NCBI GenBank assembly: GCA_046757705.1
Contig: JBHHYT010000002.1
Span: forward strand, 1 to 60,821
DNA: 60,821 bases
Direction: 5' to 3'
Origin: Thermodesulfobacteriota bacterium
GTDB lineage: Bacteria; Desulfobacterota; GWC2-55-46
The notes beneath the pieces were generated by a model that had not been told where the DNA came from, searched no databases, and saw nothing but the letters and a program-made list of their open reading frames with translations. Below, piece by piece: positions 1 to 8,316 of this stretch. Numbering within the stretch: position 1 is the stretch's first letter; each line of letters begins with the position of its first letter. The translations under genes were made by a program, and so were the position numbers.

Positions 1-1
1 G

Positions 2-988
2 GCCCAGCAGGACGCCTTCCTCCACAGCGTCGAGGACGGCACCATAACGCTCATAGGCGCGACCACCGAGAACCCCTCCTTCGAGATAAACGCGCCGCTG
101 CTCTCCAGGTGCAAGGTCCTGCTGCTCGAGTCCCTGCCGGACGGGTCCGTCAAGCAGATACTCGAAAGGGCGCTCGCCGACAGGGAGCGAGGGCTCGGCG
201 GGTTGGACGCGCAGCTCGACGCCAAGGTGCTCGACTTCATAGCCGAAAGCTCGCAGGGGGACGCCCGCACGGCGCTGGGCGCGCTGGAGACCGCGTTCAT
301 GATAACGGAGCCGGACGGCGGGGGCGTAAGGCGCATAACGCTCGAGGCCGCCGCCGAGGCGATGCAGAAGAAGGCCCTCCTGTACGACAAGACCGGGGAA
401 GAGCACTACAACGTCATATCGGCCTTCATAAAGTCGATGCGCGGGAGCGACCCTGACGCCGCCCTCTACTGGCTCGCCCGCATGGTCGAGGCCGGGGAAG
501 ACCCGCTCTTCATCGCCCGCAGGATGGTCATCTTCGCCGCCGAGGACGTGGGCAACGCCGACCCGGGGGCACTGGGCGTGGCCATGTCCGTAAAGGACGC
601 CGTGCACTTCGTGGGCATGCCCGAGGGCTTCATACCCCTTGCCGAGGGGGTGACGTACCTGGCCACCGCGCCCAAGAGCAACTCGTCGTACATGGCGTAC
701 CTCGAGGCGCTCGCGGACGTGAGAAAGGCGGGGGCGCTGCCCGTGCCCATGCACATAAGGAACGCCCCTACCAGGCTCATGAAGGATATCGGCTACGCGA
801 AGGGTTACAGGTACCCGCACAGCTTCAGGGGCGCTATAGTCGAGCAGACCTACCTGCCGGACAGGCTCAAGGGCCGGACGTACTACAGGCCGTCCGGCAG
901 GGGCTACGAGGAGGAGATATCGAAGCGAATGGACGAGAAGAAAGAGGAGCTCAAGAGAAAGAAGAAAGGAGGTGCGGACAAGGAATGA
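2..988 (+). CDS. rarA: Replication-associated recombination protein A (RarA/MgsA AAA+ ATPase), 5'-truncated by window edge
   Basis: The frame is open from base 2 (AQQDAFLHSVEDGTITLIGATTENPSFEINAPLLSRCKVLLLE) and is continuous with track ORF 203..988. The C-terminal MgsA-type motifs GDARTALGALE and HYNVISAFIKSMRGSDPDAALYWLARM are present. Confidence 0.85.
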   Translation, partial: AQQDAFLHSVEDGTITLIGATTENPSFEINAPLLSRCKVLLLESLPDGSVKQILERALADRERGLGGLDAQLDAKVLDFIAESSQGDARTALGALETAFMITEPDGGGVRRITLEAAAEAMQKKALLYDKTGEEHYNVISAFIKSMRGSDPDAALYWLARMVEAGEDPLFIARRMVIFAAEDVGNADPGALGVAMSVKDAVHFVGMPEGFIPLAEGVTYLATAPKSNSSYMAYLEALADVRKAGALPVPMHIRNAPTRLMKDIGYAKGYRYPHSFRGAIVEQTYLPDRLKGRTYYRPSGRGYEEEISKRMDEKKEELKRKKKGGADKE

Positions 989-1057
989 GCCGAAGGCCGG
1001 GCTACGCCCCGAATACGGGCAGCTCCCCGCCGCAAAAAATCAATAAGGAGTCTATGG

Positions 1058-1597
1058 ATGAGAAGATACGCGCTTACCGCAATCGGGGCCGGCGGGCCGT
1101 GTATGGCGGCCGCGGTCACAAAAGTGCTCTACGGACACGGGTGCGCTATCGGCGATTCCAACATGATGCTCCTCGACAATGAGTTCACGATTACCCTCAT
1201 AATGACCCTGCCGAAACGCAAAGGACCCGCAACCGTCGAAAAAGACCTTAAAAAACTGGAAAAATCGAAGGACATCGCCGTAAACCTCAAAGAGCTCCCA
1301 CCACAGCGGGGCGGGCAGAGCCCGCCGGGCAACCTGATGGTGACGCTTCACGGCGAGAATAGGCCGGGGATAATCTACAGGTTCTCGGAGCTGCTCTGCA
1401 AGCTCGGCGTGGATATTACCAACCTCGAAAGCAAGTCCGTAGCCGGCGCCAAAAAGGGGCTCTACGTCGTCGTCATCGAGGCCGTACTCGACCGGCACGA
1501 CGCCCTCAAGAAGGTGGAGGGCAGGCTCAAGACGCTGGCAAGGTCTCTCGGGATGAAGATAAGCGTCATGGAGATAGAGGCGCACAACCCTCTGTAG
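1058..1597 (+). CDS. ACT-domain protein, GcvR-like (two ACT repeats)
   Basis: The ATG is preceded by AAGGAG 7 nt upstream. Two beta-alpha-beta-beta-alpha-beta-like halves are visible (RYALTAIGAGGPCMAAAVTKVL... and LMVTLHGENRPGIIYRFSELLCKLGVDITNLE), typical of the glycine-cleavage-repressor ACT family. Confidence 0.6.
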   Translation: MRRYALTAIGAGGPCMAAAVTKVLYGHGCAIGDSNMMLLDNEFTITLIMTLPKRKGPATVEKDLKKLEKSKDIAVNLKELPPQRGGQSPPGNLMVTLHGENRPGIIYRFSELLCKLGVDITNLESKSVAGAKKGLYVVVIEAVLDRHDALKKVEGRLKTLARSLGMKISVMEIEAHNPL

Positions 1598-1617
1598 CCG
1601 TCTCCATGCCGGCCTTG

Positions 1618-1690
1618 CGCCCTCCCTCCCCAAAAGGGAACAGGGGGGTTAAACCTCCACCTTTCCTGAAGGGGGGGAGGGTCTTCAAGG
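1618..1690. repeat. GC hairpin repeat, CCCC..AAAGGG / CCTTTCCTGAAGGGGGG type (family also at 8230-8294 and 19508-19608)
   Basis: Read directly: cctccctccccaaaagggaacagggggg and cctccacctttcctgaagggggggagg. One frame translates to the recurrent P-F/L-x-K-G-G peptide seen in the other copies. Confidence 0.5.
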
Positions 1691-1711
1691 AGGCCCGGTG
1701 GCCGGCCTCGC

Positions 1712-1742
1712 TTGTCAACCCCTGCCCGGTTTCTGTTGACAA
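1712..1742. promoter_or_regulatory. Candidate BirA operator (bioO): TTGTCAAC-N15-GTTGACAA
   Basis: A perfect 8-bp inverted repeat with a 15-nt spacer lies about 150 nt upstream of bioB. The right half-site contains a TTGACA -35-like hexamer. The architecture matches the TGTnAAC-N14-16-GTTnACA BirA site class. Confidence 0.5.
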
Positions 1743-1777
1743 TTCCCGCTCCCGTATGTTATCCGTGTATATTCTGA

Positions 1778-1814
1778 TAGGATGTTGAAAAGTCCATCCA
1801 TGGATTTTTCAACA
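1778..1814. repeat. REP-like palindromic element, copy 1 (TAGGATGTTGAAAAGTCCATCCATGGATTTTTCAACA)
   Basis: Arms TGTTGAAAA/TTTTCAACA plus GTCCA/TGGAT form a hairpin of about 14 bp. Near-identical cores occur at 28601-28640 and 49167-49202. A partial core (atccgtccatggat) occurs again at about 1831-1845. Confidence 0.7.
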
Positions 1815-1850
1815 CGATTTGGCAGGAATAAATCCGTCCATGGATCGCCT

Positions 1851-1876
1851 GGCTGGTTGTTCTTCAACAACCAGCC
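1851..1876 (+). promoter_or_regulatory. Perfect 11-bp stem hairpin in the bioB leader (GGCTGGTTGTT-cttc-AACAACCAGCC)
   Basis: Read directly. It ends 19 nt before the bioB ATG and just upstream of the GGAG RBS. Its function is unknown. Confidence 0.5.
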
Positions 1877-1895
1877 AGAACTTACCGGAGCTGGA

Positions 1896-2900
1896 ATGAA
1901 AAAGGAAAAGAAGATAAACATACTGATAACCGCGCTCGACAGGGGGCTTACCGGCCAGGGGCTCACACCGCAGGAGGCGCTCGACTTCACATCCCTTACC
2001 GACGAGTACATCTTCGACATACTCGCCGTGAGCGAGAAGGTCAGGCGCAGGCACAAGGGCATGGAGGTCAACCTCTGCTCCATCGTCAACGCCAAGAGCG
2101 GCATGTGCAGGGAGGACTGCTCCTTCTGCTCGCAGTCGATAGGGTACGCGACCGGCGTAAGCGAATACCCGATGACCTCTGCGGCGGAGATAGTCAAGGC
2201 CGCCACGCAGGCCGCCTCCTCCGGCGCTCGCGAGTTCTCCATAGTCACCAGCGGCACGGGCGTGGAGAAGGACAAGGACGTCGAGACGCTCTGTGAGGCG
2301 CTCGAGGCGATGAAGGGTAAGGTGGAAATGGAGCGCTGCGCCTCCCTCGGCATACTCAAGCGGACAACGCTTAAAAGGCTCAAGGAGAGCGGCCTGGAGA
2401 GCTACCACCACAACCTCGAGACGGGCAGGAGCTTCTTCCCGAAGATATGCACCACGCACGACTACGAGGAGGACGTCTCGGCCGTGAGGGCCGCCAAGGA
2501 AGAGGGCCTCTACGTCTGCTCCGGGGGCATATTCGGCCTCGGCGAGAAGTGGGGGCACAGGGTGGAGCTCGCGGCGACATTGAAGGAGCTGGACGTGGAC
2601 TCCATACCCATAAACTTCCTGGACCCCCGGCCCGGCACCCCGCTCGAGGGCGCGAAGAACCTGTCACCGTTCGAGTGCCTCCGCATAATCGCGCTCTTCC
2701 GGCTGATGATGCCGTCAAAGGACATCGTCGTCTGCGGCGGCAGGCCCACGAACCTGCGCGGCCTTGCCCCGCTGATATTCGCCGCCGGCGCCAACGGCAT
2801 GATGATAGGCAACTACCTGACCACGCCGGGACAGGAGCCGGAGGAGGACCTGCGCATGATAGCCGACCTCGGGCTCAAGCCCCGGGGCCACGTCCACTGA
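1896..2900 (+). CDS. bioB: Biotin synthase (radical SAM)
   Basis: Radical SAM motif CREDCSFCSQS and a BioB-like sequence throughout. The start was chosen at Met39 of track ORF 1782..2900 (MKKEKKINILI), which has GGAG upstream. The 5' part of the track ORF runs through repeat elements. Confidence 0.9.
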   Translation: MKKEKKINILITALDRGLTGQGLTPQEALDFTSLTDEYIFDILAVSEKVRRRHKGMEVNLCSIVNAKSGMCREDCSFCSQSIGYATGVSEYPMTSAAEIVKAATQAASSGAREFSIVTSGTGVEKDKDVETLCEALEAMKGKVEMERCASLGILKRTTLKRLKESGLESYHHNLETGRSFFPKICTTHDYEEDVSAVRAAKEEGLYVCSGGIFGLGEKWGHRVELAATLKELDVDSIPINFLDPRPGTPLEGAKNLSPFECLRIIALFRLMMPSKDIVVCGGRPTNLRGLAPLIFAAGANGMMIGNYLTTPGQEPEEDLRMIADLGLKPRGHVH

Positions 2901-2905
2901 CGCCC

Positions 2906-4096
2906 ATGTACCCAATGACACCCATGACCCGGTTTATCGACGAAGAGCTTGGACGTATAGAGGCCGGCGGACAGAGGCGCGCCATGCGGCTGGTCGAAGG
3001 GCCGCAGGGCGCTCGCGTAACGGTCGGCGGCCATGAAGCGCTCCTCTTGTGCTCGAACGATTACCTCGGGCTCGCCGCCCACCCCCTGTTGAAAGAGGCG
3101 ATGATGGCGGCGGTCGAGAGGTACGGCGCGGGCGCGGGCGCCTCCAGGCTCGTCTCCGGCAACATGGAGCCGCACCGGGAGCTCGAGGAGAGGATAAGGG
3201 GGTTCAAGTCCGCGGAGGCCGCCCTGCTATTCAACTCCGGCTACAACGCCAACCTCGGCTGCATAACCGCGCTATCAAACAGGGAGACCGAGATATTCTC
3301 TGACAGGCTCAACCACGCGTCCATAGTGGACGCCTGCCGCCTCTCCCGCGCCCGCGTGAAGAGGTACCCGAACCGCGACGTGGACTCGCTCGAACGGCTT
3401 CTGAAAAGGTCCACCGCCAGGCGCCGTATCATAGTCACGGACGGGGTCTTCAGCATGGACGGCACCATCGCCCCGCTAAAGGAGACGGCCGCGCTCTCCG
3501 AGCGTTTCGGCGCCACGCTTATAATCGACGACGCGCACGCCACCGGGGTGCTCGGCGCAACGGGCGCGGGCACGCTCGAACACCTCGGCATGGAGGCGGG
3601 CCCGTCGATAATCCAGATGGGCACGCTCGGCAAGGCGCTCGGCTCCTTCGGGGCCTTCATAGCCGGGAGCAGACGGCTCGTGGAGCTTCTGATATCGAGG
3701 GCCCGCCCCTTCATCTTCACCACCGCCCTGCCCCCGGCGGTCTGCGCCGCCTCCTCGAAGGCGATAGAGATAGTGCAAGAGCGCCCGGAGCTTGTCGAAA
3801 GGCTCAGGGAGAACGCCCGCTTTTTCAGGGACGCACTTGCCGTGGCCGGGATAGAGGTCGTCTCACCGGAAGGGGAGACACCCATCATACCCGTGGCCGC
3901 AGGGGACCCGGCAAAGGCCATGCGCCTGAGCGAAAGGCTCCTCGATGCCGGGGTGTTCATTCAGGCCATAAGGCCGCCGACGGTGCCCGAGGGCACGGCG
4001 CGCCTTCGGGCCACGGTCACCGCAGCGCACACGAAGGCGGAGCTTCGAAGGGCCGTGGACGCCATAAAAGGGGCGGTCTATGAAGAGCGGGGATAG
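2906..4096 (+). CDS. bioF: 8-amino-7-oxononanoate synthase (PLP-dependent)
   Basis: Track ORF 2447..4096 read from Met154 (MYPMTPMTRFIDEELGRIEAGGQRR). Class-II aminotransferase features are present (SNDYLGL, DDAHATGVLG, GTLGKALG). Upstream codons overlap bioB out of frame. Confidence 0.88.
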   Translation: MYPMTPMTRFIDEELGRIEAGGQRRAMRLVEGPQGARVTVGGHEALLLCSNDYLGLAAHPLLKEAMMAAVERYGAGAGASRLVSGNMEPHRELEERIRGFKSAEAALLFNSGYNANLGCITALSNRETEIFSDRLNHASIVDACRLSRARVKRYPNRDVDSLERLLKRSTARRRIIVTDGVFSMDGTIAPLKETAALSERFGATLIIDDAHATGVLGATGAGTLEHLGMEAGPSIIQMGTLGKALGSFGAFIAGSRRLVELLISRARPFIFTTALPPAVCAASSKAIEIVQERPELVERLRENARFFRDALAVAGIEVVSPEGETPIIPVAAGDPAKAMRLSERLLDAGVFIQAIRPPTVPEGTARLRATVTAAHTKAELRRAVDAIKGAVYEERG

Positions 4097-4892
4097 CGGC
4101 AGGGACGGGCCCGATACGCTTCTCGTACACGGATGGGCGACGGACAGCTCGGTCTGGGAAGGCAGGAACGCGATAACGAGGGGCACCGTCGTAGCCATCG
4201 ACCTGCCGGGCCACGGCTCAGCGGCGGTGTGGGACACCCCCACGCTCTGCCCGGCCGTAAAGGAGATAGAGGCCGCCGTTTCAAGCATGCCTTCGGGCGG
4301 GGTCATAGGCATAGGCTGGTCGCTCGGGGCCTGTGCGCTCATATCCGCCGCCTTGAAAGCCCCCGGAAGGTTCAGCTCGCTCGTGCTCGTCGGCGCGACC
4401 CCGTGCTTCGTGCAGAGGGACGGCTTCCTCTGCGCGCAGCCGAGGGCGCTCGTAAAGCGGATGATCATGGATATGAAAAAGGCCCCCGAACAGACGCTGG
4501 CGAGGTTCTATTCGCTCAACTTCACGCCCGGGGAGCTGGCAGGCGAAGGGGCAAAAGAGTTCATCGCACGGTACAAGTACCCCGGCCCCGTAAGGTGCGA
4601 CGGCCCGGTGCCGGGATGCTTCCCTGCCTTCAGGTACGGCGAGATAACAAAGGCGCTCGAAGCACTCTACGACACGGACCTGCGCGCGAGGCTCGGGGAG
4701 ATGGAGATGCCGGTGCTCGTCGTCCACGGCGCGCTCGACAGCGTATGCCCCGTTGGGGCGGGCAGGCACATCGCCGGCCGGATAAAGGGCGCGCGCATCG
4801 AGGTCTTCGAGGAGGCGGGGCACGCGCCGTTCCTGACCGAGCCCCACAGGTTCGACTCTATCGTAAACGACTTTTTGAGGACAGTGTCATAA
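4080..4892 (+). CDS. bioH: Pimeloyl-ACP methyl ester carboxylesterase (alpha/beta hydrolase)
   Basis: Features LLVHGWATDSSVWE, nucleophile elbow GIGWSLGA, and C-terminal GHAPFLTEP. It lies between bioF and bioC and overlaps the bioF end by 17 nt. Confidence 0.75.
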   Translation: MKSGDSGRDGPDTLLVHGWATDSSVWEGRNAITRGTVVAIDLPGHGSAAVWDTPTLCPAVKEIEAAVSSMPSGGVIGIGWSLGACALISAALKAPGRFSSLVLVGATPCFVQRDGFLCAQPRALVKRMIMDMKKAPEQTLARFYSLNFTPGELAGEGAKEFIARYKYPGPVRCDGPVPGCFPAFRYGEITKALEALYDTDLRARLGEMEMPVLVVHGALDSVCPVGAGRHIAGRIKGARIEVFEEAGHAPFLTEPHRFDSIVNDFLRTVS

Positions 4893-4893
4893 T

Positions 4894-5754
4894 ATGATGG
4901 ACAGGCAAAAAATAAAGAGGTCATTCTCGAAGGCCGCGCCGACCTACGACGCGAGCGCCGAGGTGCAGAAGGACGCCGCCGCAAGGCTCGCCGGGTGCGT
5001 GGGCGTGTTCATGGACGACGGCATGGAGTTCTCGACGCACGAGATGAACACCCCGGTATTCAGGCAGCGGGTCCAAGGGTGCGTCCTGCCCGCGCCGCGC
5101 CCGCTCATACTCGACGCCGGGTGCGGCACAGGCAACCTCATGGCCGAGGTAGGCGGGAGGTGGCCGCATGCGCGCCTTGTCGGGTGCGACATAGCCACGC
5201 CCATGCTCGAGAAGGCGAAAGAGAGGCTCGCCGATGCGGCGCTGGCGGCCTCGGACTGCGCCGCACTACCCTTCGGGGACGGCGTCTTCGACATGGTGGT
5301 ATCCAACCTCGCCTTTCAATGGGTCGACATATACGAAGCCTTCAGCGAGGCGCACCGGACGCTCAAGCCCGGAGGGCTGCTCGTCTTCTCCACGCTCGGG
5401 CCCGACACGCTCTCGGAATTAAGGACAAGCTGCTCGGAGGCCGCTCCCGGAGTGGAGTTCCCCCTTGAGCTCCGCTCCATCGACGAGATGGAGTCCAAGC
5501 TCGAAGAATGCGGGCTCGAGCCCCTGAGCGTGGACGTCCATCCGGTATTCAAAAGGTACGCCGGCGTCCTTGAGCTCGTACGCAAGCTCAAGGATATAGG
5601 CGCGGCGCCTGCCGCGCCCGGCGCCGGGGGCTTCTCGGGCGCAGTGATGCTGCGCAGGGCGGGCGGGGCCTACGCCAGGAGGTTCCCGGCGCCAGGAGGC
5701 GCCGGGGTGATAGCCACCTACGAGGTAATCTTCATGGCAGCGAGGAAGAGATGA
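4894..5754 (+). CDS. bioC: Malonyl-ACP O-methyltransferase
   Basis: SAM-binding motif LDAGCGTGNL, N-terminal FSKAAPTYDASAEVQ typical of BioC, and operon context. Confidence 0.8.
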   Translation: MMDRQKIKRSFSKAAPTYDASAEVQKDAAARLAGCVGVFMDDGMEFSTHEMNTPVFRQRVQGCVLPAPRPLILDAGCGTGNLMAEVGGRWPHARLVGCDIATPMLEKAKERLADAALAASDCAALPFGDGVFDMVVSNLAFQWVDIYEAFSEAHRTLKPGGLLVFSTLGPDTLSELRTSCSEAAPGVEFPLELRSIDEMESKLEECGLEPLSVDVHPVFKRYAGVLELVRKLKDIGAAPAAPGAGGFSGAVMLRRAGGAYARRFPAPGGAGVIATYEVIFMAARKR

Positions 5755-7124
5755 CCGGTAAAAAAAGGCTCGCGGAGATCGACAGGGGGCACGTCTGGCA
5801 CCCGTTCACGCAGATGCGCGACTGGGAGGCCGGCGAGCCTCTGATCATCGAGAAGGGGCGGGGCAACTACCTCATCGACGTCGACGGCAGACGCTATCTC
5901 GACGGGACCTCATCGCTCTGGGTCAACCTCCACGGCCACCACAGGAAGGAGATAGACCGCGCAATAAGGGCGCAGCTCAAGAAAATCGCCCACTCCACGC
6001 TCCTGGGGCTCGCCAACGTGCCATCCATCGAGCTTGCCGAAAGGCTCGTGGCCATCGCACCGCGCGGGCTTACGAAGGTCTTCTACTCTGACAACGGCTC
6101 CACCGCCGTGGAGATAGCCATGAAGATGGCGTATCAGTTCTGGCTCCAGACGGGCAAGCCCGGCAAGAAGAGGTTCGTGGCCTTCACCGGCGCGTACCAC
6201 GGAGACACCTTCGGCTCGATGAGCGTCGGCGAGATAGACATATTCGTGAAGAAGTACCGCCCCCTGCTCTTCAGGGCCGACCGCGCCCCCTACCCGTACT
6301 GCTACAGGTGCCCGGTCGGCAAGGACTACCCGGACTGCTCCACGGCATGCCTCGGGGAGCTGGAAAAGATACTGGAAAAACACAACGGGGAGATAGCGGC
6401 CTGCGTCATCGAGCCGGGCTTTGAGGGGGCCGCCGGGATGATAACCACTCCACCGGGCTTCTTGAAGGGCGTAAGGAGGCTTACGAAAAAGTACGGCGTC
6501 CTGCTCATAGCCGACGAGGTCGCCGCGGGCTTCGGCAGGACCGGGCACATGTTCGCGTGCGACGCCGAACGGGTAAGCCCGGACTTTCTCTGCCTCGCCA
6601 AAGGCATCACCGGCGGGTACATGCCGCTTGCGGCAACGCTTACCACCTCCAAGGTCTACAGGGCCTTCCTCGGCAGGTACGACGAATACAGGTCCTTCTT
6701 CCACGGCCACACCTACACAGGCAACCCTCTCGGCTGCGCCGCCGCCATCGCGAGCCTCGACATATTCGAGAAGGACCGGGTGCTCGAAGGGATGAGGCCG
6801 AAAATAAGGCTCTTCCACGAGCTCCTCGAAGCCATCGGCAGGATGCCGCACGTGGGAGACGTCAGGCAGACGGGGCTCGTGGCGGGCGTCGAGCTCGTCG
6901 CACACAGGGCGACGAAAGAGCCTTACCCCGTAAAGCGGCGCGTGGGCGCGAAGGTCTGCGCGGAGGCTATCGCCAGGGGCGTTCTCATAAGGCCGCTCGG
7001 GGATACGGTGGTGCTCATGCCGCCCTTGAGCATAACCGAGGGCGAGATAAAAAAGATCGCCCGCGTGCTGCGCGCTTCCATTGAGAAGGTTACCGGCGAG
7101 AAGGCCGCGCAGGGAAAGTCCTGA
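5751..7124 (+). CDS. bioA: Adenosylmethionine-8-amino-7-oxononanoate aminotransferase
   Basis: Class-III aminotransferase features: HVWHPFTQM, SDNGSTAVEIAMKMA, ADEVAAGFGRTG, LAKGITGGY. The start has an ATGA overlap with bioC. Confidence 0.9.
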   Translation: MTGKKRLAEIDRGHVWHPFTQMRDWEAGEPLIIEKGRGNYLIDVDGRRYLDGTSSLWVNLHGHHRKEIDRAIRAQLKKIAHSTLLGLANVPSIELAERLVAIAPRGLTKVFYSDNGSTAVEIAMKMAYQFWLQTGKPGKKRFVAFTGAYHGDTFGSMSVGEIDIFVKKYRPLLFRADRAPYPYCYRCPVGKDYPDCSTACLGELEKILEKHNGEIAACVIEPGFEGAAGMITTPPGFLKGVRRLTKKYGVLLIADEVAAGFGRTGHMFACDAERVSPDFLCLAKGITGGYMPLAATLTTSKVYRAFLGRYDEYRSFFHGHTYTGNPLGCAAAIASLDIFEKDRVLEGMRPKIRLFHELLEAIGRMPHVGDVRQTGLVAGVELVAHRATKEPYPVKRRVGAKVCAEAIARGVLIRPLGDTVVLMPPLSITEGEIKKIARVLRASIEKVTGEKAAQGKS

Positions 7125-7161
7125 TCTGTTCAGAGGTTTACAAGATGAGAAAGGGGGGCAA

Positions 7162-7863
7162 GTGAGGAGGTCTTTCTTCATAACGGGCACCGGCACGGGT
7201 GTCGGAAAGACGTTCGTCACCGCCGGGCTTGCGCGCGTGGCGCGTGATGCGGGCGACGAGGTAGGCGTGATGAAGCCGGTTGAGACCGGCTGCGAGAAGG
7301 CGGCTGGCTCGCTCGTGCCAAGAGACGCCCACACCCTGAAGGAGGCGGCTCTGTCCGCCGCTCCCCTCGACACCATAAACCCGTACAGGTTCTCCCTGCC
7401 GCTCGCCCCGTACCTCGCCGCGCGCCTCGAGGGCGTGCAGATAGACCCGGCGCTCATAAAGGCCCGCTACGACGCCCTGTGCGAGGAAAACGACGTGGTT
7501 CTCGTGGAGGGCGCCGGCGGCCTGCTCGTGCCTGTGACCGGGGAGATGACCATGGCGGACGTGGCGCGCATGCTCGGCGCGCCGCTGATAATAGTCGCCG
7601 ACTCCCGCCTCGGCGTCATAAACCACACCTGCCTTACCGCGGAGTGCGCCACAGGGCGCGGCCTTGCCGTAGAGGGCGTGATCATGAACAACACCACGGC
7701 CCCCGGAGACGCCCCGGACAGGGCGTACAACCGCTCCGAGATAGAACGCCTTACCGGACTTCCCGTATTCGGCGAGCTCCCGTTCGCCGGCGAAGGGCTA
7801 AAAAAAGACGCCCCCTTCCGTGAAGGGGGCGTCTTCGAATCTCTCTACGACGCTATCTTCTAA
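7162..7863 (+). CDS. bioD: Dethiobiotin synthetase
   Basis: A GTG start (Val28 of track ORF 7081..7863) follows AAAGGGGGG. The N-terminus FFITGTGTGVGKTFVTAGL is the BioD P-loop. Confidence 0.85.
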   Translation: MRRSFFITGTGTGVGKTFVTAGLARVARDAGDEVGVMKPVETGCEKAAGSLVPRDAHTLKEAALSAAPLDTINPYRFSLPLAPYLAARLEGVQIDPALIKARYDALCEENDVVLVEGAGGLLVPVTGEMTMADVARMLGAPLIIVADSRLGVINHTCLTAECATGRGLAVEGVIMNNTTAPGDAPDRAYNRSEIERLTGLPVFGELPFAGEGLKKDAPFREGGVFESLYDAIF

Positions 7864-7916
7864 AAGTCCTGCGGACGGCAATTTGAAAAAAGGCTGTCAC
7901 CACACAGCATATTGTG

Positions 7917-8079
7917 CTGTTCTGAGGGGGCGAAGCGACCGAAGAATCTCTGCGCCATTGAATGCAACAAAAAACGAGATTCTTCGCGTGCTCGGAATGA
8001 GATGCTGGAAAGTTTTGTCTTTAAAATACACGGGGGATTGGAGCGAGCGGCGCTTTGGGAGGGGGCAGGTGAGCGCGCC
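7917..8079. repeat. About 163-bp composite repeat: 85-bp long hairpin (TTCTGAGGGG..GAAGAATCTC / GAGATTCTTC..CGGAATGA) plus an ~80-bp tail
   Basis: Read directly. An inverted copy lies at 19714-19876. Their tails align at roughly 85% (aaagt.tttgtcttt.aaatacac.gggggatt.gagcgagcggcgctttggga...ggtgagcgcgcc). A hairpin-only copy lies at 10449-10536. Confidence 0.75.
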
Positions 8080-8229
8080 GGGGTGGTCCTCAGGGCGCGC
8101 AGCGTTCTTAAGGGGCGCGCGAGCGGGGAAGAGGAGGCCCCAGCTGAGCGAGCCCAATCACCGAAGGGGAGCCAAAAGATTGCCGCGTCTCCTCCGGCTC
8201 CTCTCAATGACAACAACAATTCCCCCTGT

Positions 8230-8294
8230 GTCCCCCTTTTCCAAAGGGGGACTATTTTCACCCCCACCCTACCCTCCCCCTTGATGGGGGAGGG
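8230..8294. repeat. Two GC hairpins: GTCCCCCTTT-tcc-AAAGGGGGAC (8230-8252) and CCCTCCCCC-ttgat-GGGGGAGGG (8272-8294)
   Basis: Perfect 10-bp and 9-bp stems located just 3' of the convergent bioD and aconitase ends. They belong to the same family as 1618-1690 and 19508-19608 and probably act as terminator or REP-like structures. Confidence 0.6.
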
Positions 8295-8316
8295 GCTGCA
8301 AGGAAACCTTCCCGCC

